Shown here: piece by piece, positions 13,125-26,069 of the stretch
Numbering within the stretch: position 1 is the stretch's first letter
Layout of the letters: every line of letters starts with the position of its first letter
Assembly: GCA_964016885.1 (NCBI GenBank)
Contig: OZ024745.1
Span: forward strand, 123,628,001 to 123,692,000
Origin: Eledone cirrhosa
Taxonomy: Eukaryota
Reading direction: 5' to 3'
Length of the DNA: 64,000 nt
Notes under the pieces: generated by a model
What the model saw: the letters and a program-made list of their open reading frames with translations, nothing else
Database searches by the model: none
Told to the model about the DNA's origin: nothing
Position numbers and translations under genes: made by a program

Positions 13125-14317
13125 TATATAGCTTCAAATATACCTTTATGTTACCTTACACAGACTATATCAGTGAATAGTGTATTGCTTCTCATTTCTA
13201 ACTGGTTCTATTCATAAAAATTTATAATCTTTCACAGCTTTGTCATGCTTAAGCATTACCCAATGCTGTATATATTGCCAACCAATCGTGAGTGACAATT
13301 TAAAAGTCCAAGTTGATATGTTTGTTCTAGACAAAGATCATAGATATTTATAGTTCCATGATTCTACAAAATGATATTGCCAATCATTGGAACTATTTCG
13401 GTATTTTATTTCTATTATAATAAATGCAATTGCAAGAAAAGTTGCAGGAAGAATTTTATAATCTAATGAAGTATTCTATTGACAATATTTAAGTTGAATC
13501 TGAATCACATTTGTTGCACTTTCTTATTAATAAGACATTAGAATTTTATCTACAAGCGTTCAAGAATTGATAAACTTGTAATAAAAAAAACCCCAAACAA
13601 AAACAATCATTAAATAAATATGAAACCACTGAAATCTGTTTAAGTTTTATTAAAAAAAAAAATGTTTGTGCCAGCACATTCTATTATTGTTAATCTCTCT
13701 TTCCTTCTTTCTTTTACTTCCATTCTTTTTCTCTCTTTCTTTTACTTTCTTCCTCTGTTTTTCTCTATTTTTCTCTTTCTTTATTTCTATTAGCCAAAAC
13801 AAGTATAATAATTTATTTATTACCTACTTGACAGATATCCATAAGAGGTTGTAGCTTTGCTTCAAGCATTGTGGAAAGAAGAAACAGCAATATTTTACAG
13901 AGCTACAGCAATGTAAATAGGGCATGAAATGTTAAAAATAATGATAAAACAGTTATTGGATTGTTGTTATGGAAATATGTTATTAGTCGTTGATATATTT
14001 TGGTAGATAATTCCCCTTTTCAAAAGAAAGGTTAAAGAAAATGAGTTAAAGCAAAAGGGACCATGTTGTATGGAGGAATGTAGATTTTTAATTTGTTTAT
14101 TATTTCTTTTTCTTTGTTGTTGTTGTGGTGGTGGAATTTGGTAGATTAAACTTGCAGAAGTCTGTTGTATATATGGATAGATGGATGGTCCTGTAACTCC
14201 TGATAGAGTCATAGGGTATTGATATACAGTGTTTTGGGGCATTTTAAGCCTGGCCTGAGTACATCAGATTTCTTTCAGAGAAAGATGGAAAATGAGAAGA
14301 GATATAGAGGAAGAATC

Positions 14318-14465
14318 AACCCCAGTACTAGACTGGTACTTTTTTTAATCAACCCCGAAAGGATGAATGGCAAAGTTGACCTCGACAGGATTTGAACTCA
14401 GAGAGCAGAAACGAATACCATAAAGTATTCTATCTGACATTCTAACGACTCTGCCAATTTGCCAT
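14318..14465 (-). mobile_element. tRNA-derived SINE (GGGGTCGATAAA family)
   Basis: Reverse of GGCAGAGTCGTTAG...GAGTTCAAATCCTGTCGAGGTCAACTTTGCCATTCATCCTTTCGGGGTTG. Confidence 0.8.
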
Positions 14466-14489
14466 GTGTCGTATATATATCATCATTTA

Positions 14490-14990
14490 ACCTCTACGTA
14501 ATTAGCATAAGTGACCTACTAGGTGGGTTGAGGGCCCACATTTCTCTTCTTCCAGTCCATTCTTACTACAGATTACAGAATTTAAAATCATCTTCCCCCA
14601 CTACTGATTGTATTAAATAGGTAAGAAAAACTGTCAACAACCTCTAGGGAGTCTCCTGGGTAAATCAGGCAATCTATTATGCATGTACTCTTGGTGTTTG
14701 CATTTCTTATGCATTTGCTACAATCAATATATCTTCTCCATTAACCTGCCTTACATCATTTGTGCATACATGGATTTTACTGTGGGCACGTTATGGAATT
14801 TCTGCCCACTCCTTTTCGACATTTTGAACAAGGTCTCTTCTTTGATAGTATAAGATTCCTGTTTTTTTTCCTACTCATCAGTGCTTTAGTTTTCACTAGG
14901 CTTAATTTTAGGCCTTTCAATTCAAAGATTTGACTAGAGTTTGATCAACTTGAGTAGAGGCCATCTAATTGGTGTCTTGTGTTAAGAGAA
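14490..14990 (-). pseudogene. Highly decayed RTE ORF fragment
   Basis: Minus translation KRPCSKCRKGVGRNSITC parallels WPCSICRKGTGINSIKC of the 28.2-kb copy. Confidence 0.65.
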
Positions 14991-15823
14991 GGTATAACAT
15001 TACATAGATTTTGATTAATATCTTACTCATTCCTTTGTTCATTATTATTGATACGCAAATTTTCTTCATGTATGATTTTCTATATTAATTAAGCTAGAAT
15101 TCTTCACAGTACATTTGAAACTTTGCAAAAGAAACTACCCAAATTTTAATTAATTTTACGTATCTGAGCGAACCATGGATTTATTTTGAATTATGTCTCT
15201 TTCAAACCAATGTAAGATCCATTATAAATAGGTGGATGGGTGTGTGGGATTGTGTTGACATCTTGCTTTAATATTCCAACTTGCTCATTTCTATGACTTT
15301 ACTCTGTTTACTTCCTTCCATCTTAAGAATAACTATGAGAGCTAACTTCACTGTATATATTCCAGCAAGTTTAATATTTCAATAGTGTTCATTAGTCTTA
15401 TAAGACTGCTCCTGTTTATGTCCATTATTTGACATCCTTTGTTCCCCTTTCACCTCCCTCTTCTCTCTTTCCACCTCTCCCACTCATTCTCTATTTTTCA
15501 CTTTGATATCCATTTTCCATATAATGGCACAGCATAATAGTAATTTTCCTTAAAGACATGTTAAAAATGTATGTGTATACACACACACACACACATGAAC
15601 ACACACACACGCACATGAACACACACACACATGCATGCTAATGCCTACATACGCATCTATACACACATGTGTGTTCCCATGTGTGTGGACTGTTGTGCAG
15701 TATACGTTATTAGTTGATATCCTAGAAATAGATGTTAATGATTTCATTTATGCATGCCTTAACAGTACATGATAAAACATGATAGTAATTGTTGATAGGC
15801 GTTTTATATTTGTCATATTTTGC

Positions 15824-15882
<59 letters not shown>

Positions 15883-15970
15883 TGTGTGTGTGTGTGCATG
15901 TGTGTGTGTATGTATATGGTATAGTTCAAGTATAAATGAGAAAATGAGACAAACAAAGATGTAGAAAGAA

Positions 15971-16087
15971 AGTAGTATTAGGTTCACGCTTGGGAATGAA
16001 GTAAAAAAAGTAGTATTAGGTTCACGCTTGGGAATGAAGTAAAAAAAGTAGTATTAGGTTCACGCTTGGGAATGAAGTAAAAAAAAA
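15971..16087. repeat. 38-bp tandem repeat x3
   Basis: AGTAGTATTAGGTTCACGCTTGGGAATGAAGTAAAAAA at 15971, 16009, 16047. Confidence 0.95.
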
Positions 16088-16259
16088 GGGAGGTAAATAA
16101 ATGTCTCAACGTATCGGACATTAGTCTTTCATCAGGAAAGAGCAAAGTTCAAAGAGAGAGGAGGTTGAAAAAACAGAAGTTGGAAGGTTGGAGTGAGTGA
16201 GCAAGAGAGAAAGAAAGAGCGAGAAACTTTTCTTTTGAAGATGAGCAAGGAGGGCAGTC

Positions 16260-16518
16260 TAAAGTCTGTCTCTAGCCCAGAGGTTCATGTGGCGTTTCTG
16301 TGGCGTTAAGCAACTGAGAATACAAGACTTCCCCTGGACAGGATACCAGTCAATCACAAGGTTACCCCCAGCCATTACTACATTCTTTTTTAGTTGAGTA
16401 TACTACAGTAACACAAAATGAAGTGTTTTGCTCAAGAACACAACGCACAACCCAGTTCAGGAATCAAATCCAGCACCCTTGTAAGTCCAACACCCTTACC
16501 ACTAGGCCATGCACCTCT
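16260..16518 (-). mobile_element. tRNA/CORE-like SINE with GGGGGTAACCT...CCTGTCCAGGGG 3' body
   Basis: Head GCATGGCCTAGTGG; GTTGTGTTCTTGAGCAAAACACTTCATTT; related copy at ~53800-54020. Confidence 0.7.
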
Positions 16519-16757
16519 ACAGTGCAGGCATGTTGTTATATTTTAAGAGGGTCATACGCCTCCAAAGTGCAGTCATGTACCTCCACAGTGCAGGCAGGTA
16601 GTTATACTTTGACATGGTCATACGTCTTCATAGTGCAGGCATGTAAATATAATTTAAGAGGGTCATACGCCTCTACAGTGCAGGCATGTAGTTATATTTT
16701 GAGAGGGTCATGTACCTCCACAGTGCAGGCATGTAGTTATACTTTGAGAGAGCCATG
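16514..16757. repeat. ~45-bp minisatellite, ~5 copies, seeded at the SINE 5' end
   Basis: Repeated CCTC(T/C)ACAGTGCAGGCATGTAGTTATA..TTGAGAGGGTCAT. Confidence 0.85.
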
Positions 16758-17017
16758 CTGCCAATAAAAACATATTAACCATTTGAATTTCACTTAAGTT
16801 TATTATTAGTTTAGTGACCATATAGATGTTTAATTGTAATTGTCATGTTAATCAACAATGCAATGATGAACAGATTAATTACTCAACTTATAATAAACTA
16901 AAGTGAAACATGAACTAGTGCTTATGCTTTTATTAGTAGCATGACCCTTGTAAAGTCCAACTATATTTGTTTCAACTTATAATTTCCCATCATATGTGTG
17001 TGTGTGTGTGTGTGTGT

Positions 17018-17395
17018 ATCATCATCATCATTTTACATCCGCTTTTCCCTGCTTGCAAGGGCGGGATGGGTCCTATTCAGCACAGCATCTCTCCACTTGT
17101 CCCAGTCCTTTGTCATCTTCACTGTGAGCTTCAGCGATCTGAGGTCTATCCTCACCACCTCCGCCCATGTTTTTCCTGGTTTTCCTCTACTACGTACATC
17201 TTCCTTCAACTGGCATTTCTTGGCACTTCTTCACCCATCAGTCATCCTCTATGCGCATCACATGCCCATACTATTGCAGTCTCCTCTCCCGCATACTAGA
17301 ATCTTTCCCTATCAGTCACAGTTTCTCGCTCAACACATCCATGCTTGGTCGTTCACGCACATTGACATTGCACATACAACGGAGAATGTTTCCCT
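17018..17395 (-). mobile_element. 5'-truncated RTE LINE 3' end
   Basis: Minus translation ILRCMCNVNVRERPSMDVLSEKL matches the 28.6-kb copy; (GAT)n tail. Confidence 0.9.
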
Positions 17396-17396
17396 C

Positions 17397-17432
<36 letters not shown>

Positions 17433-17520
17433 GTATATATATATATATATGTATATTGTTCGTACTGCCTCTGTTTTGTTCCCTTTCAATTTTTTACTAT
17501 ATATATATATATATATATAT

Positions 17521-17677
17521 GTAAATGTGGTTGGTGTTAGGAAGGGCATCCAACTGTAGAAAACCTGCCAGACAGTCCTATGCGAGCAAGACAATCACTC
17601 TTGCCTCAAGTGGGACTACCCCCGTCCAAACCCATGCAAGCGTGGAACACGGACGTTAAACGTTGATGATGATGATG

Positions 17678-17678
<1 letters not shown>
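17521..17678 (+). mobile_element. Non-autonomous RTE-derived short element
   Basis: GGTTGGTGTTAGGAAGGGCATCC...AACCCATGCAAGCGTGGAACACGGACGTTAAACG(TGA)n; near-identical to 52393-52551. Confidence 0.85.
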
Positions 17679-17708
<30 letters not shown>

Positions 17709-17969
17709 TATAAAGAAAAAGGGATGAAATCGAAAATGCAACTGAAGTCTTATTTTTTTAAAAAATATATATATTTATTTGGTTCCTTTACCGGTTTCGC
17801 AGTTCTTCTGCTTTTCAAAAGGTGAGAAAAACCACAGACCCTCCATCTCAACTCACCTTTTGAAAAGCAGAAGAACTGCGAAACCGGTAAAGGAACCAAA
17901 TAAATATATATATTTAAAAAAAAAATAAGACTTCAGTTGCATTTTCGATTTCATCCCTTTTTCTTTATA
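17709..17969. repeat. ~118-bp near-perfect inverted repeat with 25-bp spacer (Penelope-like inverted end), between (TA)n tracts
   Basis: Arms 17709-17826 and 17852-17969 are reverse complements. Confidence 0.95.
17856..17893 (+). ncRNA. Minimal type I hammerhead ribozyme motif, U3-A8 variant (mirror copy on - strand at 17785-17822)
   Basis: CCUU-UUGAAAA-GCAG(AAGAA)CUGC-GAAA-CCGG-UA|AAGG: stems I and II pair, palindromic ACCGGU stem III, GUA triplet. Confidence 0.7.
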
Positions 17970-18024
17970 CTTCCACTCGTGTAGGACACCTCGGTTATTT
18001 TTCATTTTGTAAAAAAAACCTCAC

Positions 18025-18124
<100 letters not shown>

Positions 18125-18425
18125 GTTGAAACAAAATGAAAACGAAATTTCATTTCTCACTCTTAGTATGGCACTTACTTAAATGTAAGTATGCATGTAT
18201 ACGTACATACATATATGTATACAGACGTACAGTAGCATGCACATATATATATATATATATACATATATACATACATATGCATACAGGTACACATACATAT
18301 ATGCACGTATCAGTTTAGCGGCGCTAACGTCGCTTTGTTCGTTTGTAAACAAACTGAACAGCCTGAATTTATGCCATACGGTGTTAAGGCAACCACGTCA
18401 CCTTTTTGTTCAACACTGACACAGG

Positions 18426-18470
18426 AACGATGTACTAGTTTCAAGCTTGTTAGCTATCATCAGCACCGTT
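18426..18470 (-). ncRNA. Type I hammerhead ribozyme, unit 1
   Basis: AACGGUG-CUGAUGA-U-AGCU(AACA)AGCU-U-GAAA-CUAG-UA|CAUCGUU; 7-bp stem I, palindromic ACUAGU stem III; stem I extends over 18408-18494. Confidence 0.82.
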
Positions 18471-18543
18471 TACCCATCTGCCAGATAGTTGAACGTTCGA
18501 AAGTATATACTTTCCTTATGAAAATTAACGGCTGAGCAGCCTA

Positions 18544-18551
18544 ATTTGCAT
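18544..18551 (-). promoter_or_regulatory. Octamer motif ATGCAAAT upstream of the HHR (recurs every 468 bp)
   Basis: Perfect octamer, also kept at 29386-29393 and 55870-55877 at similar distance from CUGAUGA; function inferred. Confidence 0.45.
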
Positions 18552-18893
18552 ATTGAGTGAGTTAAATCGGTCAGGCATACCGAAAACGATAAATTGAAAC
18601 AAAATGAAAACGAAATTTCATTTCTCACTCTTAGTATGGCACTTACTTAAATGTAAGTATGCATGTATACGTACATACATATATGTATACAGACGTACAG
18701 TAGCATGCACATATATATATATATATATACATATATACATACATATGCATACAGGTACACATACATATATGCACGTATCAGTTTAGCGGCGCTAACGTCG
18801 CTTTGTTCGTTTGTAAACAAACTGAACAGCCTGAATTTATGCCATACGGTGTTAAGGCAACCACGTCACCTTTTTGTTCAACACTGACACAGG

Positions 18894-18938
18894 AACGATG
18901 TACTAGTTTCAAGCTTGTTAGCTATCATCAGCACCGTT
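18894..18938 (-). ncRNA. Type I hammerhead ribozyme, unit 2
   Basis: Same sequence as 18426-18470. Confidence 0.82.
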
Positions 18939-19361
18939 TACCCATCTGCCAGATAGTTGAACGTTCGAAAGTATATACTTTCCTTATGAAAATTAACGGC
19001 TGAGCAGCCTAATTTGCATATTGAGTGAGTTAAATCGGTCAGGCATACCGAAAACGATAAATTGAAACAAAATGAAAACGAAATTTCATTTCTCACTCTT
19101 AGTATGGCACTTACTTAAATGTAAGTATGCATGTATACGTACATACATATATGTATACAGACGTACAGTAGCATGCACATATATATATATATATATACAT
19201 ATATACATACATATGCATACAGGTACACATACATATATGCACGTATCAGTTTAGCGGCGCTAACGTCGCTTTGTTCGTTTGTAAACAAACTGAACAGCCT
19301 GAATTTATGCCATACGGTGTTAAGGCAACCACGTCACCTTTTTGTTCAACACTGACACAGG

Positions 19362-19406
19362 AACGATGTACTAGTTTCAAGCTTGTTAGCTATCATCAGC
19401 ACCGTT
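19362..19406 (-). ncRNA. Type I hammerhead ribozyme, unit 3
   Basis: Same sequence as 18426-18470. Confidence 0.82.
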
Positions 19407-19829
19407 TACCCATCTGCCAGATAGTTGAACGTTCGAAAGTATATACTTTCCTTATGAAAATTAACGGCTGAGCAGCCTAATTTGCATATTGAGTGAGTTA
19501 AATCGGTCAGGCATACCGAAAACGATAAATTGAAACAAAATGAAAACGAAATTTCATTTCTCACTCTTAGTATGGCACTTACTTAAATGTAAGTATGCAT
19601 GTATACGTACATACATATATGTATACAGACGTACAGTAGCATGCACATATATATATATATATATACATATATACATACATATGCATACAGGTACACATAC
19701 ATATATGCACGTATCAGTTTAGCGGCGCTAACGTCGCTTTGTTCGTTTGTAAACAAACTGAACAGCCTGAATTTATGCCATACGGTGTTAAGGCAACCAC
19801 GTCACCTTTTTGTTCAACACTGACACAGG

Positions 19830-19874
19830 AACGATGTACTAGTTTCAAGCTTGTTAGCTATCATCAGCACCGTT
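19830..19874 (-). ncRNA. Type I hammerhead ribozyme, unit 4
   Basis: Same sequence as 18426-18470. Confidence 0.82.
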
Positions 19875-20297
19875 TACCCATCTGCCAGATAGTTGAACGT
19901 TCGAAAGTATATACTTTCCTTATGAAAATTAACGGCTGAGCAGCCTAATTTGCATATTGAGTGAGTTAAATCGGTCAGGCATACCGAAAACGATAAATTG
20001 AAACAAAATGAAAACGAAATTTCATTTCTCACTCTTAGTATGGCACTTACTTAAATGTAAGTATGCATGTATACGTACATACATATATGTATACAGACGT
20101 ACAGTAGCATGCACATATATATATATATATATACATATATACATACATATGCATACAGGTACACATACATATATGCACGTATCAGTTTAGCGGCGCTAAC
20201 GTCGCTTTGTTCGTTTGTAAACAAACTGAACAGCCTGAATTTATGCCATACGGTGTTAAGGCAACCACGTCACCTTTTTGTTCAACACTGACACAGG

Positions 20298-20342
20298 AAC
20301 GATGTACTAGTTTCAAGCTTGTTAGCTATCATCAGCACCGTT
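20298..20342 (-). ncRNA. Type I hammerhead ribozyme, unit 5 (partial unit)
   Basis: Same sequence as 18426-18470; the array ends at the edge of the extended stem I. Confidence 0.82.
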
Positions 20343-20367
20343 TACCCATCTGCCAGATAGTTGAACG

Positions 20368-20532
<165 letters not shown>

Positions 20533-21548
20533 TTTCATCTGTATTTGGTGTTACATTCGTATGCGTGCAGGTACAGGCGTTGCGTGGGTTCTGTATGTGC
20601 GTGCGGGGTTTGAAATAATACCGTTTTTTCCTAACGCCAACTTTTCACAATCTAGAAATAAGAAACAAAACAGAACAAAACCCTCAGAGATTAATAACTT
20701 TAGTGTAGTAGCATTAGATGTTATAAAATGATAAAATAATATTAAAGAAATAAGAATTTAATTCATCTAATGATAGTGTATCCTCTCTTACAAAAAATAC
20801 CACGAGTATTTTTTAATTGAATTTACTGGGTCAATAAACTGGTATGTTTGTCCGTTATATGATATTTGTCAATATGTTTAAAACAAAACACATATATATT
20901 TTGTAAGTTATGCTTAAAATATTTTGGAAGAATGTCCTTTGTGAAGAGATGTTTTAAGTGATCACTTTTGTAGCTCATTGAAACCTGTTATTAATGGAGT
21001 CCTGAACATATTTACAATCCATGTCAATTTTCTGTATAGTTCTGAAATATTAATGTTTTTTTTATTGAATGGATGTTTGTATTTCACATGCTAATTAAAG
21101 TTAATTGTCTGTGGAGTGGTGACCTTTATGTGGTTTTATCAAACTGTTTTGTATTATGGAAACATATAATAGATTAAAGTGCAATCCATTTATAAAAAGA
21201 ATATATATTTGAGGTCTGTAATGAAATGTTTGGTATGTCATGAAATTAAAGGATTAATAAGAACTAATAAAAATTAAAATGCTAAGAATAAATGTGTGAA
21301 AATCATTGCTCTAGGTATTGCCCTTTTATGCTAGGCTTTGTAACTATACACTTTAGATCAACTAATTATTTCTAACATTAGCACAAGTCCAGCAATTCAG
21401 GGAAAAGGCAAGGCCGATTTTATCAATCCCAGAAGGATAAAAGTCAAAGTTGACCTCAGCGCGATTTGAATTCAGAATGTAAAGATGAATAAATACTGAT
21501 ACATATGTGTCCAACACTAAAGTACCTCTGCTATTTCACTACCCTTAA

Positions 21549-21763
21549 CCCTTTAGCATTTACATTACTCTATATATACTATAGTATCTATTGTATTTTA
21601 ACAGGAAGGCTTTATCTCACATAATATCCAATCTATGAAATTTTGATAGTATTTATTTTGAGAACAATACCGTAACATTAGTATGAGTGGCTGCTTATGG
21701 CTGGTTTGAACAGAAAGAGGTGAAAGAATTCTGGCCAGCTATGGCCAGTTTAAATGCTAAGGG
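21549..21763. mobile_element. piggyBac-like MITE family A
   Basis: TTAA|CCCTTTAGCATTTA ... TAAATGCTAAGGG|TTAA. Confidence 0.9.
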
Positions 21764-22121
21764 TTAAGATCAACTAATAAACAGACATGCATACTGAGGT
21801 GTTTGCATAAACTGTTAGCAGCCAAATATCTTTTAAATCATACTATCATTTCAAAATAGAAATAAAATATTTGATATTGAAGTCCTAACTACAGTGACTA
21901 AAAATATAGGTTGGAAATTTCATCACTGGAATACCATTGATACTGAGTCTGCTCAATCACAACTGATCTGGGATAAACAACATTAAACTCATACATAAAT
22001 ATGAATTAATAGATGTTCATGATTTAACCCTTTAACATTTAAACTGGCTGTATCCGGCCAGAATTCTTACACCTCTTTCTGTTGAAACCGGACATCACTG
22101 GCCCCTTCATACCTACTTTAA

Positions 22122-22691
22122 CCCTTTAGCATTTACATTATTTTATATTTTATATTGTATTTTCACAGTAAAAGCTTTATCTCATCATCATCATTATCAT
22201 TTAATTTTACGTCCGCTTTTCTCTGCTTGCAAGGGTGGGATGGGAACTGATTCTGGCTTGATTTCTACAGCTGGATGCCCTTCCTAACACCAACCTCATT
22301 TACAGTGAGTGCTGGGTGCTCTTTTTTCCGTGGCGCCTACACGTCCACTTTACAGTGGAATGATAGGGACCCCAGTCCCTATCATCTCATTTTTACAGCT
22401 GAGTAAACTGGAGCAATGTGAAATAAAGTGTCTTGCTCAAGGAAACAACACATCACCCAGTCTGAGAATTGAACTCACAACCTTTCGATTGCAAGGCCAC
22501 TAAGCCATGTGCCTCCATATAACATCAAATCTCATATAACATTTCATATAACATCAAATCTACGAGATTTTGATGTTATCTATTTTGAGAGCAATACCTT
22601 AAAGTAGTTATGAGCGGCCAGATATGGCCAGTTTGAACAGAAAGAGGTGAGATAGTTCTGGCCGGATATGGCTGGTTTAAATGCTAAAGGG
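22122..22691. mobile_element. piggyBac-like MITE family A, inner copy in opposite orientation
   Basis: TTAA at 22118-22121 and 22692-22695; CCCTTTAGCATTTA / TAAATGCTAAAGGG TIRs. Confidence 0.88.
22183..22516 (-). mobile_element. tRNA/CORE-like RTE-tail SINE inside the inner MITE
   Basis: Closely matches 10014-10349. Confidence 0.9.
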
Positions 22692-23732
22692 TTAAGGTAT
22701 TGTTCTCAAAATAAATAATATCAAAATTTTATAGATTTGATATTATATGAGATAAAGCCTTTACCACAAAAATATAATAGTAAATATAGAATAATGTAAA
22801 TGCTAAAGTGTTAATGTTAATTTCTATTGATTTCTGACATTGGCATAAGGTCACCATATTGAAGTGTTATTTTGTTATAAAACCTGTAAGGATAAAAGGT
22901 AAAAAGTTAACTTGGTAGGATTGGAACTGAGAATGCCAAACTATATAATGTAAAACGTTGGCACAAAATCACACATTCTCTAGCATGAATATATGTTTTT
23001 AATGTTTACTGCTTTAATACAATAAATAAAGGAAATCTCAGCATTTTACGCAAATATGTTGTGATCCCAATGGACAAAATGGCAAATGCATTATCTCAGA
23101 GAATGAGAAGAGTGATATGCTGAAACAGCCAGCCCTTTTGTGAGGTTCATTCTTACTGATGCACAACTCCATTGTGATCTAAGACAGTAAGGAAGTTGTA
23201 TATAATGTATGAAGTGTGTAGACAGTGGTATATAATGTATGTAGTGTGTAGATAGCAGTATATCATGTGCCATGTGTAGATAGCAGTATATACAGCGTTG
23301 TGTGTGTAGACAGCAGTATATATATATTGTATAAACTATGTAGATATAGAATTTTAGTAATGATTATTGCTTACTAAATTGATAGTATTCAACAAATTAT
23401 AATCATTCATTTTGGAACATTGAAAATTCTTCATTTCATCACTCTCCTGAAATTAATTTATTCAAAATCAATTAAACAAAATCAATATTTGTGATTATTT
23501 AATGTACAGTCGAAACAGAAAACACTATTATTTTAAAATAACTGCTTATTATTTTTCATATTTAAAAACATTGATTGTACAGTTGCTAAATCTCTTTAGA
23601 AATCAATATAACTGTTGTAGAGCTATTTGTTGATAAAGTTCGATATAAAGAACAACATGAATAAATAACTCTATGTTTAGTTTGGTTTATTGGCGAAATG
23701 AAGCATTGGAAACAACAAGATTTCTTATTCAA

Positions 23733-23952
23733 CCCTTTAGCATTTAAACTGGCAATATCTGGCCAGAATTCGTTTACGTCTTTCTGTTCAAATCGGCTGT
23801 AACTAGCCACTCATACTGATGTTAAGGTATTGTTATCAAAATAAATAATATCAAATCTTGTAGATTCTATATTATGTGAGATAATTATGTGAGGTAAAGC
23901 TTTTACCGTGAAAATATAATAGTATATATAGATTAATGTAAATGCTAAAGGG
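23733..23952. mobile_element. piggyBac-like MITE family A
   Basis: CCCTTTAGCATTTA ... TAAATGCTAAAGGG|TTAA. Confidence 0.9.
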
Positions 23953-24166
23953 TTAAGTTAAAAATGTTTCTGACCAGTCATGAATATACTTTATACCAGT
24001 TTGAATGCTCCATACACTCTTTATCTTATGTTATACATAGTTGAACATTCTTTTAAACATTGTATTATTCTTAACATCATTTTCAGACAAACACAGTGTA
24101 TCATTGAAATCACAGGCATAGTCCTTCTGACTGGTTCCAGATATTCCTTCTAGCAATTTTATTTAG

Positions 24167-24364
24167 CCCTTTAGCATTTGCATTACTCTATATTTACTAT
24201 TATAGTTTCATGGTCAAGTCTTTATCTCACATTATATGGATTCTATGATGTTTTGATGTTATTTATTTTAAAAATAATACATTAACATCAGTATGAGTAG
24301 CTGGTTTGCACAGAAAGAGGTGAGAGAACACTGGCCGGATACGGCCGGTTTAAATACCAACGAG
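24167..24364. mobile_element. piggyBac-like MITE family A (diverged), abutting a family B copy at ~24369-24547
   Basis: CCCTTTAGCATTTG start, family A body; family B end GGTATCAAAAGGG at 24534-24546. Confidence 0.8.
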
Positions 24365-24986
24365 TTAAGTCTGTTAGTATATTTCTAATGCATGTGATTT
24401 TCAAACATAGTCACAAATTTGAAGGGATTTTAGTTTTGGGATATAACAAAACATTCTTAGATAAAATTGTTGGAAGATTTTAAAACAAGAATCTTTTGTG
24501 TCATAAAACCAAAGGCAGTTTAGATATCAAATTGGTATCAAAAGGGTTGATATTTGATTGGAACTATGAAAACATCTGAAGCTATACTTTGTCATTGCTG
24601 GCTGATAAGGTCATAATTTAGTTAAGTACCTACATTAAAATGAGACTGTATTAGCATTAACCTGTGTGATAATTACTAGGAGAAGTTTGAACATAATTTA
24701 CACATTAATGCAACAGTATTGAAGTCTGTAAGTAATAAATTCCATATTTCTTAGTTTACATACTTATCTAATTAATATATGCATGTTATCATGTATTTAG
24801 TAATATTTATCTGTGTACACCTATTTATATTGTTATTACCAGAGATTTTATGGAATTTGTCCTTCCTTTTCTACCCCTTCTATCTAAGTTGTGAAACATG
24901 TTCATGTAAATAATACAAATGATACTAAAGTTAACATTAATATAGTTAAACCACGTAACTATAATCCCATATCAGAGACTCTTTGT

Positions 24987-25157
24987 CAGGCATGTCAAAC
25001 CCGAGGACCACATTGGTCACATATGTTGTCTGAGAGCCTACACAACTAATTGCATACATTACAACTAATTTTACGAAGATAAAACATGCTTGCGCTGTAA
25101 AAACCTTTGTGTGGGCCGGAGGTGTGCTTGTAAAGGGCCACATGCTTGATATGCCTG
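24987..25157. mobile_element. hAT MITE, same family as 12740-12998, opposite orientation
   Basis: CAGGCATGTCAAAC / GCTTGATATGCCTG TIRs; TSD CTCTTTGT / CTCTATGT. Confidence 0.88.
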
Positions 25158-25269
25158 CTCTATGTGGTTCTTCTCTCTGACAACCAAATCGTTCCCAAAC
25201 TATATCTTATTAAAAAAAAGAGAAATAGTATGGCCTGGATGTATTTTACTAGAGTCAGTAGGCACCTCT

Positions 25270-25588
25270 TAACCCAATATACACTCCACCCCACACCCCT
25301 ACTCCATCCTCCCACTTCCGTCCACTGTAAAGTGGTCATGTAGGTGACATGACAAAAAGCGCCCAGTCCACACTGTAAAGTGATCATGTAGGAGACACAG
25401 TATAAAGGCTCCCAGTCCACACCGTAAATGTGGTTGGTGTTAGGAAGAGCATCCATTCGTAGAAAACCTGCCAAAAACAGTTCTTTTTGAGCGAGACTCT
25501 GTCACCCGACCAATCTTGCCTCGAGTGGGACAAACTCTTCCAACCCATGCTAGCATGGAAGATGGACATTAAACGATGACGATGATGA
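25270..25588 (+). mobile_element. Non-autonomous RTE-derived element
   Basis: Repeated CACTGTAAAGTGGTCATGTAGG units, GGTTGGTGTTAGGAAG, AACCCATGCTAGCATGGAAGATGGACATTAAACGATG tail. Confidence 0.75.
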
Positions 25589-26069
25589 GGTCATGTTAGT
25601 GAGGTTCTCTGGCAAAACTAGAAATATTACTTTACTCTGTACTAGTTTTTATTCAGAGTTATGCGTTGTCTGTATTGTGGTTTGCACAGTCCACTTGAGC
25701 TTCTTTCATTCCCTTATATGTGTATATCCTTCGGTGCTGTATATTAGTTAAAGCTGTACTCAATGCTGAGAAAACCTATAAACCAGTGTGTTGGAATAAA
25801 AATACTATTTTATAATATTTAATTCTTAACGGTTGCATATTTGTTTGTGCATTCATGCAGCCACACACACTTGTCATTCACATTGTAAAAAATGCAGTGA
25901 ACCAGCAATTGGTCTATTGGAAACCCATAACCGATGGTGCGCTTTTGATTGTAATAGGCATGATAGAACTCCCTTTCCCAGGCAATTGTCCCTACATAAA
26001 TTCCTTTCTAATATATATATATATGAATATATATATATATATATGTCAAATATATAAGAAGCTTAGAGA

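Larger units (their letters stand above)
22028..22810. mobile_element. piggyBac-like MITE family A, outer copy
   Basis: TTAA|CCCTTTAACATTTA ... TAAATGCTAAAGTG|TTAA; split at its internal TTAA. Confidence 0.85.

Noticed and set aside
18136-20291. Repeated 60-74 aa ORFs in each 468-bp unit
   Set aside because: They cross (TA)n tracts, have no recognisable motif and are not preserved in the 29.3-kb relative; the conserved signal is RNA structure on the other strand
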